Shown here: one piece after another, positions 1 to 13,931 of the stretch | How the letters are laid out: every line of letters begins with the position of its first letter | Numbering within the stretch: position 1 is the stretch's first letter | Origin: Octopus bimaculoides | Lineage: Eukaryota | Assembly (NCBI RefSeq): GCF_001194135.2 | Contig: NC_068990.1 | Location: 6,239,501-6,303,500, forward strand | DNA length: 64,000 bases | Direction: 5' to 3' | Made by a program: the position numbers and the translations under genes | The notes under the pieces: model-generated | Told to the model about the DNA's origin: nothing | Databases searched by the model: none | The model's input: only the letters and a program-made list of their open reading frames with translations

Positions 1-60
<60 letters not shown>

Positions 61-185
61 CACACACACACACATGCATATGTTTATACATATATGTACA
101 CAGACATATATACAGATATATGTACACACACACACACATATATATATATATGTATGTGTGTGTATATGTGTGTGTGTGTGTGTAA
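1..185. repeat. Compound (TA)n/(CA)n/(TG)n microsatellite (representative of dozens in the window)
   Basis: Directly visible. Other examples: (TAA)n 4190-4255 and 4845-4895, (GTA)n 6765-6810 and 19620-19685, (CT)n/(CA)n 52020-52105. Confidence 0.97.
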
Positions 186-2436
186 GAATTGTGCATGCAA
201 ATTGATGAAGAGATAAAAAATTGAAAATGAAAAAAGACTTGAAAAATAAGTCACCCCCACCTGATGCAGCGTTGCATACAGTTGGTTGGACTGAAGAATT
301 ATGCACTCATACATACAAAGGTTTTTTTTTTGTTTTCTTGTTTTGATACACAAGTATGTGTATTTATCTACGTCTATCTACATGTACGCCTACTTTGCTT
401 CTAAGTAGTAACTTCAAAAATGCTTAAATGTAGTGCAGGTCTGACAAGTAGCTGCACACCAAGAAATCTGCATTTTTATGTTCTCCCTCCCAGATTGTGC
501 ACCATCTACAAAGATACACACACATACCACACATTCACACACTGTTATCACAATACATATAGAGATACCTACTAACACCCTACCCACAACGAAATTTGTG
601 TAAAATATGCCTGGCATAGAAGCATACTAATAAAAAAAAAATTTCATAGCTCAGTATGAAGAACTGGCCATATGAATCCATTTAAAGTGAAACTTATATA
701 GTAAACTATCGCTTTTTTTTTTTGTATTCTTGATTTCTTTTTTGTAATTTTTAAAATTTTATGTCAAGAAACCCAGCTGATGATGGAAACTTCAAGAATG
801 TAACAAGTAGAAGTAACGCTGTGGTGCAGCATCCTTACACCCAATAATACACAAAGAGTAACAAATGTTCCATAAAAAAAAGTGGTCCTTTAAGGATTTT
901 AAGGAGTATGCAATTCCCTCCCACCTATATACTTTTTTTTTTTTTTGTCAAAATTAATATATTTTTCTGTTGAACCAAAATTTTATGTAGACACCAAAGT
1001 AGGAAATGAAAAGTATGGAATATGGTAAGAATGTGTGTCTGTATTATATGTATAGACACACACACATAGATGCACACACACATTCATAAGAATTTTATGC
1101 ACATTTAAAACATTACTATCTTCAACTGGGAACAGTTTATTAATTTCTGATAATGTCTCAGGCTTCCATGTGGCTATGCCATGAGGATGTGTGAGAGTCA
1201 AATCTTTCTTTACATCATCAGTAACATAACTACGGTGAAATGGTGACAACTGAGAACTGAAATTAAGTTCTGGTAGATTTTCCAAGAATGGGTTTAATTA
1301 TGCTTGTCACAACTATGAACAAACATTACAAGATGCTATAACATTTCATCTTGTAATGGTAGCGACTTCAGAATTCCATTTTCTCTACAGATAATAAAAG
1401 CATAAATATTAACAAAAACCTCAACAACATTCTGTATCTGAATAAAAACAGCAACTAAAAGTCTTTAATGATATGGTATTATTGCTATTATCAAAAAGTG
1501 TACAAGTGGAACAAATGACACAATTTCCCATCTTAGGTAAATCCCCATAGAAGATTCCAGTCAAATTTCATCAGCAGTATTTATTGCCCCTTGCTGCGAA
1601 CTCTCAAATAAAATGGAAGCAGTTAATCAAGTGGAGAGAAAAGGGGAGGGGCATTGATTGGCAACTGAACAAGATGTAATGGTTTCTTAACTTGAGTTCC
1701 CTCAAATGTATAAAAGAAGGAAGTGATGTTTCGTCAATAATAAATCAATTTGATTCATTTTACTCATGATTTAATGTGAACTGTTCCTCAAAGGATGGTT
1801 AACACTACTGTCTTTCGGTGATTGGTTGGGGAGACACTTATGGCCATTCGGTGTGATGTAAAATTGCATTGTGATTTTAGCTTACCTGGAGTTAGAGTTT
1901 ACTACTATTTCATCATAATAAAACAGAAATATGAAATCAAAAGAATAAAACCTAGTGTGGTAAATTTCACCACATACTCTCTCTCCATCCTAAAAAATGG
2001 TAGATTCATAACTGTAAGAAATAAATCAAGAAAGGACATATAAAACAAATAATTAGGAAAAACTACTTATGCTGCCTTTTCTTTGCTGAATAAATGATAA
2101 AAAATGTTAATATGAAGACGACTGCACAGCTGCAAATAAAATGCTAGAAAGCTGATCCTCATTTGGGTAAAAACAACAAGTGTGTGACGTTTGATTTACA
2201 AGAAAAACTAAAGGGAAAATAGAGGGTCATATCAAGAAAGATGACAATTTTTCTGGCCAAGGGTAGCTATTGCATTAAAAAAGAGTCACTTATTCTTTAA
2301 TAGACACAATAATAACTTTCATAAGCTTTTTGTTTTCTGTTCCTCTTTCACTTATACAAAATGCATATTATATATTTACAAGCATTATATATGTATGTGT
2401 GTGTATGTGTGCACACGCACAAACACCCCTCCACCC

Positions 2437-2517
<81 letters not shown>

Positions 2518-4214
2518 AAATCATTTTATATGCTATAATCGATTTTAAAGTACAAAGGCAATTTTCTAGACAAGTCTGTTATAACAGATAAGATATTCTT
2601 TTAATAAAAAATATTTATACTCTACATCATATATGTACTGAGTTGTTTTTTAAAATCATGAATAACTTATAAATAAATAATTAATGAGTTGAGTACACAC
2701 ACACACATAGAGAGAGGGGGAGAGAGAAAGAGAGATTGCTTTATGCATTATGTTTGTGTGTGCTTGAGTGTTCTTTGGTCTATTACAGACAAGGCCATAC
2801 TGTAGTGCCATGTGTGCATTGGTAAATATATCTATAAGCTGATGAGTAAATAGGTAACAATAAATAAAAGTTTGTATCCAGCTTCACATATATTTGATTA
2901 GGTACTAGCAACATATAGTGAATGTGAAGCAGAGATAATTAGTTAAAAAACAATAGCATGATTTTACATAGGTCAGTAGCAATCTACTGTGAATATGAAG
3001 CAGAGGAGATGTTGGTCACATCTTTACCTATACACATACAGTGCTACAGTATGACCTTCGTTGTAATGGCAAAAAGAAACTAAGAAGCACACTCATACAT
3101 GTCCATCCACAAAGTGTTTACAGAAAATGTTAGAAGTTATACATTTTACATTATATTCTCTGACAGTAATACTGACTTTGGCCCCTTACATTAATGACTG
3201 GGCCTTTTTTCAGCATCTATAGAAGTTCACAAGAAACAAAGTGTTTCAAATGCAACCCATGCAATATTCCTGAAACATATATTAAAAACTTCTTTGAATT
3301 GTTCACAATATATTTATCTATAATATTAATTCAATTAATTATTGTGATATACAGCAACAAGAATAATGCTATCATTTCTTAGATAATTATAAAATTTCAG
3401 ATTTACACAGAAAGAGCAATGAAAAAGTTATGAAGTAACTACAATCCAGTTCCAGTTAAGAATTATAGCTGAGTCATGTACTTAGTTATCTGATAATTTT
3501 ATCTTGGCAATATAGTGCCTGTTAATATAAGGTCTCAGTTTATATTGGTAGAGAAATTAATGCAGACAGTAATGCCTCTCTCAAGAATATTAATAGTATG
3601 GGAGAAAAGCTTACAATGAAGAATAGAAACCAAACCAACTTTGTATCTGCAGAATCTTACTTCTAGAGTATTTGTGGTAAAAAAAAATACTATAATAATT
3701 ATTTTACAAATATATCCAGACACATCTAGATACATAGCAAAATATATTAGTATATAATATATTAATTTATACTATCACCTCCATTTGAAAGCCAAAGCTA
3801 AATAGCAGAAGCATATAAGAAATTCAGTGCATGATATATTTGATCTCCTCTGACAAGGAGATCAAAGCAAACCATCATATCAAAGACAGAAAGGATAAGG
3901 TGTGTATTTTGATATCCCAAATTTCTCTGATCCAAATATCACTCAGCACTGAAGAATTTATAATGAACAATCAGTGTTTCTATTTAGGCACAAGACCAGT
4001 AATTTCTGAGGAAGAGTTTGTTGATACCATTGACTCCCAATACTTGACTGACATTTTATATTATTGACCCCCAGGGGGAATGACAGGCAAGGTTGGTCTT
4101 GGTAGGATTTGAATTCAAGATGTATAGAATCAGAAGTAATTCAGGGCATTTTTCCAACACTAACAATTCTGCAAATTCACCATTCTAACAATTATTATTA
4201 TTATTATTATTATT

Positions 4215-4255
<41 letters not shown>

Positions 4256-4846
4256 GGCATTAAAAAAATCATCAAAGTACTAAATATGATAAAAAGAACA
4301 TACCAAAGTTTACAAATTTACATATGCTCTCCAAAAATAACCTCACTAAATACAGTGGGCTTTTGCACATAAGATACACTGAATTCAATAATAAAACATC
4401 TCAGCACAATACAACTTGTATTGGTTTCAAATTTTGGCACAAGGCCAGCAATTTCAGGGGAGGGGATAAATTGATTACATTGACCTCAGTGCTCAATTGG
4501 TAACTTATTTTATCAACCCCAAAAGGAGGAAAAGCAAAGTCGATCTCAACGAAATTTGAACTCTGATCATAGAGTCAGATGAAAAGTCACTAAGCATTTT
4601 GTCCAGCATGTTAACGACTCTGGAAGCTCATTGCTTAAACACCACAACTTATATTGAACATACTCTGCATAATTGGCTTTCGAATAAAAGCATTCGCAAC
4701 AAACAGTAGTAACATTAAAAAATGACAAAACGCATCAAATTAGATATATCACATCAAACATCTCCCCAACCCCTAAAAAATAACAATACTGCAAACAAAT
4801 TAGGAACATTAATGAGCAGTGAATAATTTGCAAAAATCCATTGAAA

Positions 4847-4894
<48 letters not shown>

Positions 4895-6763
4895 TAATGG
4901 CTTCAAATTTTGGTAGAGGGCCATCAGTTTTTGAGGCGTGGGGGAAGTTGACTATTTTGATCCAGTATTTCACTGGTACTTATTTCAACTCCAAAAGGAT
5001 GAAAGGCAAAGTTGATCTCAGTGGGATTTGAACACAGAAGATAAAGAACAAGAGCAGAAGTACTGCATGCATTTAACCCAATGCTCTAATGATTCTGCCA
5101 GCCCACCCCTTTATAACAATTATAATGTTTCTGGCTTTACAACAAGATCATAAATTTGGGGAACAGTGTGACATTGATTAAATTGACTCTTGTTACACAT
5201 TTTTAATCAATCCCAAAGAAATGAAAGGTAATATCTGTTCAGGTAGGATTTGATCTTAGAATCTATTGGGACATAACTAAATACTACAAGAAATTAAATC
5301 TGAAGTTTTACCATTACTGTTACTCCATTGCCCTCTTAACAGTAATTCAAAATCTGACCTGCTAGAAATGGCAGCCAAATCTCCCTTAAATTACAATCTA
5401 TTTTGGAATGGGATGGACATACTGAGAAATGTGCTTCTCATTAGCAAAAAAAAAAAATGGGGTGGGGAATATGGGATGGTCATGGCTTGAACACTTGTCA
5501 TCTAAGGTCTGTTCAATCAGTTCTGACCTGGGATTAAATAACAATAATAACAACAAAAAATAACAATAATTTCTTTTGCACAAGGCCAGCAATTTTTTAG
5601 GGGGAGTGGGTAAGTCAATAACACTGACCACAGTACTCAGCAGATACTTATTTTATTGACCCTGGAAGTGTGAAAAACAAAGTCAACTTCAGCATCATTT
5701 GAACTCAGAACATAAAGAGCTGGAAGAATTCTTCCAGCCTCACCACCATAACAATAACAACAACAATATTTCTTACATAGTTGCAGGTTTATAAAGAAAC
5801 TGTCACATTATGTTTTCCCCCAAGTATTATGTCAGAGCAGTTATAATTAGTAACTGAAACCAAATCATGGACTCAGTTTACAGAGAAAGTTTTATCACTG
5901 TCCACAATAATTAGTTTTGAGAATAGGAATAAAATTAATACCACTAAATAAATAAAACTATCAAAATATATGCTAGTCAACAACTAACAACAGGTAGATG
6001 CAACATCAGTAATAACAACAAATGCCTGAAATTTGTAAAAGAAAGAAAACTGCTTTTTATAACATTCATATTTCTGTTAAGGGTATTGGTGATGTACATA
6101 AAGTAAAATGCTTCTCACCAAGAATTAAGTATTCATCAAACATCAATTCTCTGGCTCTTGCGATAAACATAAAAGAAAATATTAAAAATGGTATTAAGCA
6201 TGAACCTGAGATTTTTAAGAAAGAAGAAATGGGTAGATGCAGTGTTTGTTTCTGTCAAGGTTAACTGCTTTATTGGGAAACATCTATTTTACTGACTTTG
6301 TGAGAATATACATCATCTCTAAAACACTTGCCAACAATAATATTGATGTTTAATAATATTACTTTCATTTTTAATAAATGTTTCTAATTTAAGCACAAGG
6401 CAGGTGATTTTGGGAGACAAGATTTAGATAATATCAACCCCAGATGGGTGTCAGGCAAAGTTTACCTAGGAAGGGTTTGAACTCAGAGCATTTAGAGCTG
6501 GAATAAATACAGCAAAGTATTTCTTTTTTTTTTTCTTTTGATAATCTAACAATTCTGCTAATCCACTTCCTGTATTTATGACATAAACAGAAAGCCTGGA
6601 ATGTGAGGGTAGGGTCAGTTGATTACATCAACCCCAGTAATTGAGTGGCACTTTTATTTTTCATCAACCCCGGAGGAATGAGAAAGCAATGTTGACTTCA
6701 GAACATAAAGAGCTAGAACAAATATGACAATGCATTCTGATGCTTTAACCATTCTGTTAACAT

Positions 6764-6810
<47 letters not shown>

Positions 6811-7354
6811 CTATTTCCAGCATGAGTACAAGGCCTGGAATTTGAGGAACTTGGCTAGTACTTTATTTAATTGTTCCTAGAGAGATGAAAGGCAAAGTTG
6901 ACCTCAAGCAAGACTAATAATAAAAACAACAACAATAATTAGCTTCAGAAACTGTCAACAATAGACAGCTAACTTGATAACTTTCATAATGCAAATTTCA
7001 ATAAGAATTAATAGATAGAAAAAGAAAATTATTAAATATGTTAAAGGAAGAAAATGGTGGGTTAGTGGGTGGGGGTGGGGGTAAAGCAACTGAATTATTG
7101 AAATGATATTTGGAAACAGAAAAATTAATAAAATGAAGCAATTTATGATTCGTTTCTACTAGGCCCAAAGCCTAGTTTGTAAGGAGAGAAGAGACGAGTC
7201 AAGTGAGTTCACAAAATTTATTTGTTTTGTTGAATAATAAACAAAGTCTACGTTAAGTAAATCTAAACCCAGAAATGTAAAATAGCAGTGTTTCAATGGC
7301 CATAATGTGTATGTGTGAAGGGGGAAGGGTAAGAGTGAGAAAGGAGAGTGAGAA

Positions 7355-7387
<33 letters not shown>

Positions 7388-8135
7388 GATTCATTAAATA
7401 TTGTTAACTTGCAATATTACTGAAATTTTCTTTATTATTGCAATAAGAAATATGCCTATGTTATACATTTAGTTGCATACACACAAATACATATGACAAT
7501 TGAAATCTGATGTATTTTAATAGATTTGATGAGAATCATACAGATCAATAATAAATACCTTGAGTCGCTAGTATATTGTTATCTGTGATTCTTGAATTGA
7601 TTGATAGATTGGTCATTTAGTTAATTTCATAACACACCTGCTGTGCAATGATTTGGTTTGTTTATTTAGGTGGAAAATATTTAGGTTGATTATCCTAAAT
7701 GAAATAATATATATTTTTAAATGTTGATCCTTGTAGTAATTAACATTTAGTTCGTGGTTATAAAACAGAAAACCGTATAAATAATATAAAACAATAACAA
7801 AGTTTTCAAAAATAATTTCATCCATCTATCTGATCTAAAATTATATTAATTATTTTACCAATTCCGAAAGAATGAAAGACAAAACTGAACCGTCAGCGTA
7901 GCTCTGAAGGGTCACAGTAACAGTAAACTATCTGATTTATCTTAACTGTGTTGTTAATATTAACAATAATCATATGATCATGATGATGATTGTTCAACAA
8001 GTTTCTGGAGTCGATATCATCAGTGTTGGGTACATATTTCATCAACCTCCAGAAAGATGAAAGGCAAAGTTGAAGACAAAATTTTATCTAAGATATAAAC
8101 TTACATAACTAAAAGTAGCCACACACACACACACA

Positions 8136-8215
<80 letters not shown>

Positions 8216-8974
8216 NNNNNNNNNNNNNNNNNNNNNNNNNNNNNNNNNNNNNNNNNNNNNNNNNNNNNNNNNNNNNNNNNNNNNNNNNNNNNNNNNNNNN
8301 NNNNNNNNNNNNNNNNNNNNNNNNNNNNNNNNNNNNNNNNNNNNNNNNNNNNNNNNNNNNNNNNNNNNNNNNNNNNNNNNNNNNNNNNNNNNNNNNNNNN
8401 NNNNNNNNNNNNNNNNNNNNNNNNNNNNNNNNNNNNNNNNNNNNNNNNNNNNNNNNNNNNNNNNNNNNNNNNNNNNNNNNNNNNNNNNNNNNNNNNNNNN
8501 NNNNNNNNNNNNNNNNNNNNNNNNNNNNNNNNNNNNNNNNNNNNNNNNNNNNNNNNNNNNNNNNNNNNNNNNNNNNNNNNNNNNNNNNNNNNNNNNNNNN
8601 NNNNNNNNNNNNNNNNNNNNNNNNNNNNNNNNNNNNNNNNNNNNNNNNNNNNNNNNNNNNNNNNNNNNNNNNNNNNNNNNNNNNNNNNNNNNNNNNNNNN
8701 NNNNNNNNNNNNNNNNNNNNNNNNNNNNNNNNNNNNNNNNNNNNNNNNNNNNNNNNNNNNNNNNNNNNNNNNNNNNNNNNNNNNNNNNNNNNNNNNNNNN
8801 NNNNNNNNNNNNNNNNNNNNNNNNNNNNNNNNNNNNNNNNNNNNNNNNNNNNNNNNNNNNNNNNNNNNNNNNNNNNNNNNNNNNNNNNNNNNNNNNNNNN
8901 NNNNNNNNNNNNNNNNNNNNNNNNNNNNNNNNNNNNNNNNNNNNNNNNNNNNNNNNNNNNNNNNNNNNNNNNNN
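8216..8974. other. Assembly gap (others at 48394-48403, 53841-54185, 62105-62345)
   Basis: Runs of N; the three large gaps adjoin (TA)n or (TG)n tracts. Confidence 0.99.
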
Positions 8975-9021
<47 letters not shown>

Positions 9022-9730
9022 TGAGTTAAAAGTCTCAATGGAAAGAAACAAACAATAAATAAAAGAATGGTAATGCCTATTAATGTCATAAAACATTAAC
9101 AAAAATTATTTGCATGACATATTTTTCATAGCTTCTGTTAGTAATTTAGAAATTAATTATTTAAACTAAAATATAAACTATACAAGTATTGAAAATTGAA
9201 ATTCAAAAAAAAAATTACTTCAGTTAAAACACATATGCTTATGTGCTTGAATGTGGTAAAAAGAATATAAATGTTTTAGTTAATATGTAATATTGGTCTT
9301 ATGACAAATAAAAATGTGGGAATGTAATGCAGTAGTATTCGTAGTAGTGGTAGATGTAATATTGCTATTTAGTTGAAGTAGTTGCAGCAGCAACCGAAGT
9401 ATTAGTAGTAATATTAGTAGTAACAATAACCAGTTCTATTATCATGAGTTTTGTCCAGCCAACAAACACTGGTATGAAATCAAATTCACAAAAAGTAACC
9501 CTGCCACTACTAACAAGAGCAGTTCAAGTGCAGTGTTCAACAGGCTACACTGATGATGACTCTAATGATGATAGCAACAATAACAACAGATGAAAATACA
9601 TGATCAGTAAAGAACCAAAAGAAAAGTACTACTAACAATTTTGGTGATAGTTGTATAGAAGAGAGAGGGGGAGAGAAAAGAGAGAGGAAAAATACAGCTG
9701 GTCAAATATGACAATAGAAGTGAATCCTCT

Positions 9731-9876
9731 TCAGGCTGTTTTGTTCTCCTCCTCAAGCTGTTGCAAAATTTCTTTCTCCAAGTCGATGTCTTCAGCTGTC
9801 ACACTATCATCCACCATATCATATTCTTGAAGTTCCTTCTGCAATTCTTTCTCCCACTGTGGCATGTCTTCTGCAT
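9731..9876 (-). CDS. SYAP1: SYAP1 terminal coding exon: (D)[47 protein letters not shown]
   Basis: ctttttccAG|ATGCAGAAG...GCCTGA; TGA at 9733-9731; acidic WEKELQxELQEY C-terminus as in SYAP1. The 3' UTR end could not be placed. Confidence 0.92.
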
Positions 9877-12800
9877 CTGGAAAAAGTTTGAGGAAAAAAA
9901 AAAAAACATCAGTAATATATAGACAGCAATTCCTTGAAAGGAAAATATTCCATGTTGTAAAGAAATATGTATGAAAAGACTAACAATTAGGAATAATATA
10001 TAGAATATTCAACAGAAAACAAAATAACAAGAATGTGTATATATGTCTTCCGGTCATTTTAAAATGGAGCCACATGTGAATTGTTGACAATTTTCTACCT
10101 CCATCTTTCCTTCTATTGAACTTTACTCTATTTTTGATCAGTTATACCCGATTTATCAATATCTCCTCATGTCACAGCTTTGTGATGTTCCTCTACCCTT
10201 ATTTTGCGAGGGCAACATGTTTCACCTTTGTATAACCTGCCACAGCTGCATGGGATGGAGTACAAGCAGTCTTTGGTCATATTCTCTTCTATTGGTGGTT
10301 TTACTCAAAGGAGATATTTGTGAAGTGTTGTATTACTCTTGAATACTGTCCTGATGGCATATGGGTCACATATCTTATGTATCTTTTCGGAGAGGCCTTT
10401 CATACAGGGTAGACAGACTGTGGTCAGCTTAAGGGTTTCATCGTCTCTTCATAATTGGAGTGGATAGTATGCTTTTGGGATAGTTGTTGCTTAATAGATT
10501 GTTACTTAGCGTGATCATTTCTTCGTGGTGTGTATCAGGATTGCTACTTATATTCTTTGCTCAATGTTTTAAGCACTGAGCAATCCCTCTCTTTACACTG
10601 TATGGACAGTGGGAATTGAAGTAGAGGTATTGTCCAGTGAAGGCTGGATCCAGGACATCCATATACCGCAAGCCAACCTGCAATGGACTGGCATCCCGTC
10701 CAGGTGGGGAGCCTATGTACCAATGAAACTGGGAAACCGGCTTTTTATGAGCCAGGCATGGCTTGAGAAGAAACTAAAACAAATGAAAAATATATTATAA
10801 TTTAAGAATAAAATTTGAAAATTTTTCCTTTCACTTCAGGTATTTCTGAGATTTGTATTGCAAAAATTGATTTCTGGTTGAAAGCGATTAATAATTTAAT
10901 ACCTGAAAATAGAGCCAAATTATTCTCAATTAAATATACATGCACACTAATACTCTTCCCACACATATTTGCATGTAAACTCAGCACCATCCATATACAC
11001 AAATCAAATGGAAATATCTTATACCAGAAAAGTTTAAAGCTTTTTAATTAGTATTACTTCATCCACATTCATTAATACTTTCAGATAGTGAATAAATATT
11101 TACCCAATAACATAAAGAACAAACAATACAGACTCATCACAACCATTATGAAGGTATCAGATTTTCAGGACATAATTTGTAGAGCTTCCCAATGAAACAA
11201 ACATATGTGATAGACTCACTAAAATGTCAGGAATAACCTGGGGATTATACAATAATCTAAGAAAACCCATCCATAAAATGTAACTGTTGTAGTAACAATA
11301 TACACAAAGAATATATTCAATAATAATTCCAGTGTACTTTGATAATGCTCATAGCTTTCCTTTCAGTAACAACCAAATCCCCATTGAACCACACCTAAAG
11401 AGTGAAACAGCTGTCTTCAGATATTCTACACACACCACCCTTTGTTGAATATTGTTCCTACCTATATGCAATATGTATACGTATGCATATTACACTATAG
11501 GAATATATGATACAATGATATAAAATCAATGTAAAATATGCTATCTTAAAGATAGCATGCACACACTAGCATATATATAAATATATATTGAAAAATATTG
11601 CTATCTCTCAAATCAAGTCACTATTTCTAAAATCTCTCTAAGAGATCAATGCAGTAGTTGTACTGTCAAGTAATATTTGTAGCCACTTTAACATGGCTGT
11701 CCATTCAAGTGGACTCTACTGCGATCTTTTAACCCCAAGAGGACATCTCCTCTAGCTGGTTAATGATGCACAGCTGCAACCGATACAATTGCAAGCAGTG
11801 GAGTGAACTCCTACCATCTCCAAGCAACAGGACCAGTAGACCAGTCCTGGTTTCGGGCTATTTCTGCCACTCTCCAGTACTGGACACATCATCTGCCAGA
11901 GATGATAGCAGCTTGCTTCTGCATGCATTATATATATTTCAAGTGAACACACAGTTGCTGATTTTGCAGTGTGTATGGGCTGAATGGTTTGACTAGAGCT
12001 GGCAAACTAGAGGGCTGTGCAAAGCTCTATGATACTATTGATAGAAAAGTGATGAGTATTCAGGAATGAGATTATGTGAAGTATTTAGTGAACTCAATTT
12101 AAAAACTACAATTAGCTCTTACCTTAAAGAAGTTAATTTCCTAGGCATTAACATGAATCTTAGTACAGGCAAATATAAACCTTTTCATTAGCCAACCCAT
12201 GCTAGCATGGAAAGCGGAAGTCAAACGATTAAACGATCAACAGAAGCTCTAACCATCCACCAGTAATAATCAAACATTAGTAGCTGTGTCTCCAACCTAT
12301 CTTCTGATGAAGCAACCCTCAAAATGGCAGCCCCAAATTACAATACCACATTAGAAAGATCCAATTTTAAGAACAATATAATTCTTATTGATGTAGATGT
12401 AGAAAGATTTTGTGGTATAATTCTCCAGACAGAATGAAAATAACTACAAACATTGTTAACAATTTCTGAAACTTAAAGACACTCACTTCCCGCACTCATA
12501 ACTATCACAAGATTGTTGATAGCAACATTGTTACAATCAGGAATAACAGCGACAATACATAGTCTGAAAGAGTCCTTTAGTCTTGCTGATGGCAAAGCTA
12601 TTCTATAGTGCTGGTGCTTTGAAAAACGCACCCAGTGCATCCAATTAAGTGGTTGTAGTTAGGAGGGACAGTCATAAAAATCATACCAACACATGAGACA
12701 GCAGAGGATGATCTGGTCCTCTAATATGTTGAATCTTGTCGAACATGGAAAGCAGACATAAAATGACATGATGATGATGATGGTGATAACTTATACACAT

Positions 12801-13875
12801 TATCATCCCCCTAGTAGGAAGGAAGGATGTAAAATGGCATTTTGACAAGATCAAACAGATTAACAGGCCACATCTTGCTCCAGTGTTTCAATTTTAGCAC
12901 AGTCTCTATGGTTGGATGCCCTTCCTAATGTCACCCACGTTATAGAATGTACTGGATACTTTCTTCATGACACCAGTACCACTGAAATTGCCTTGTAATT
13001 TCCAAGAGAAAGGATAAATGAGGACCTGAGAGGTTAAAATATGATGAGCAGAGCAGGAACAGGGTTACTAATATGGAAGAGGTCCTTGGCTACTTTGCAG
13101 TTTACATGGATAGCTGGATGAAGCACCAGAACATACCCACAAGGTAACATGTCCAAGAAGGTGAATAGAAAGGAGCACCGAATCAGAAGAAACAGGGAGG
13201 ATGGGTAAGGTTTCAAGATAGTGAAAAAGTGAAAGATGGATATTGACATTGGTATGGAATTTTTTAAATGTACAAATAGGGTAAATGTAGTGAATGATGG
13301 GTGTGAGTGATAAATATGAGTCAGGACATGAAGGTTAGAGTGATGGATGAAGGCCATTTAGGAGCAGCACAGAGGAGAATGAGTGATCACTGACAATGCA
13401 AAGATGGTAGTATGATATCTATTCCTAGATTCTGATTTCCATTTTCACAACAGCAGAATAAGTAGATAGGAGAATGACAAGCAGATGAATGTAGAGTAAT
13501 GAGGGACAGGTTTAAAAGCTATGAGTCAAGGGAGAGTTTGAGATAGATACAAGCAAGGGCGGAGGAGTAGTATATATATATATATGTATAAATATACACA
13601 TACGTAAGTGTATATATATATATATATATATATATACTTTATTTAAAAGCAGCAGAAATATAACAAAAAAAACGTTACTCTGAGTTTCACGTTCCCGTTC
13701 ATCGGACAGTTTTTTCTCCATTTCTAACAAAACTGTCCGATGAACGGGAACGTGAAACTCAGAGTAACGGTTTTTTTGTTATATTTCTGCTGCTTTTAAA
13801 TAAAGCATATTACTCTACCTCTGGTATTTGAGTACTCTTTTTTCCACCTTGTTGCACATTTCATGTGCTTACTCC

Positions 13876-13931
<56 letters not shown>

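Noticed and set aside
983-1285. 100-aa minus-strand ORF with protein-like composition
   Set aside because: TTG start, an in-frame stop just upstream, no convincing splice sites, no recognisable motif, and it runs into a (TG)n tract.
8101-9102. Long ORF-track entries of 290-330 aa (also around 53.6-54.4 kb and 61.9-62.5 kb)
   Set aside because: They are runs of N plus (TA)n/(TG)n microsatellites, not coding sequence.
9000-9730. Polyadenylation signal for SYAP1
   Set aside because: I found no minus-strand AATAAA in this interval and a gap follows, so the 3' end cannot be assigned.
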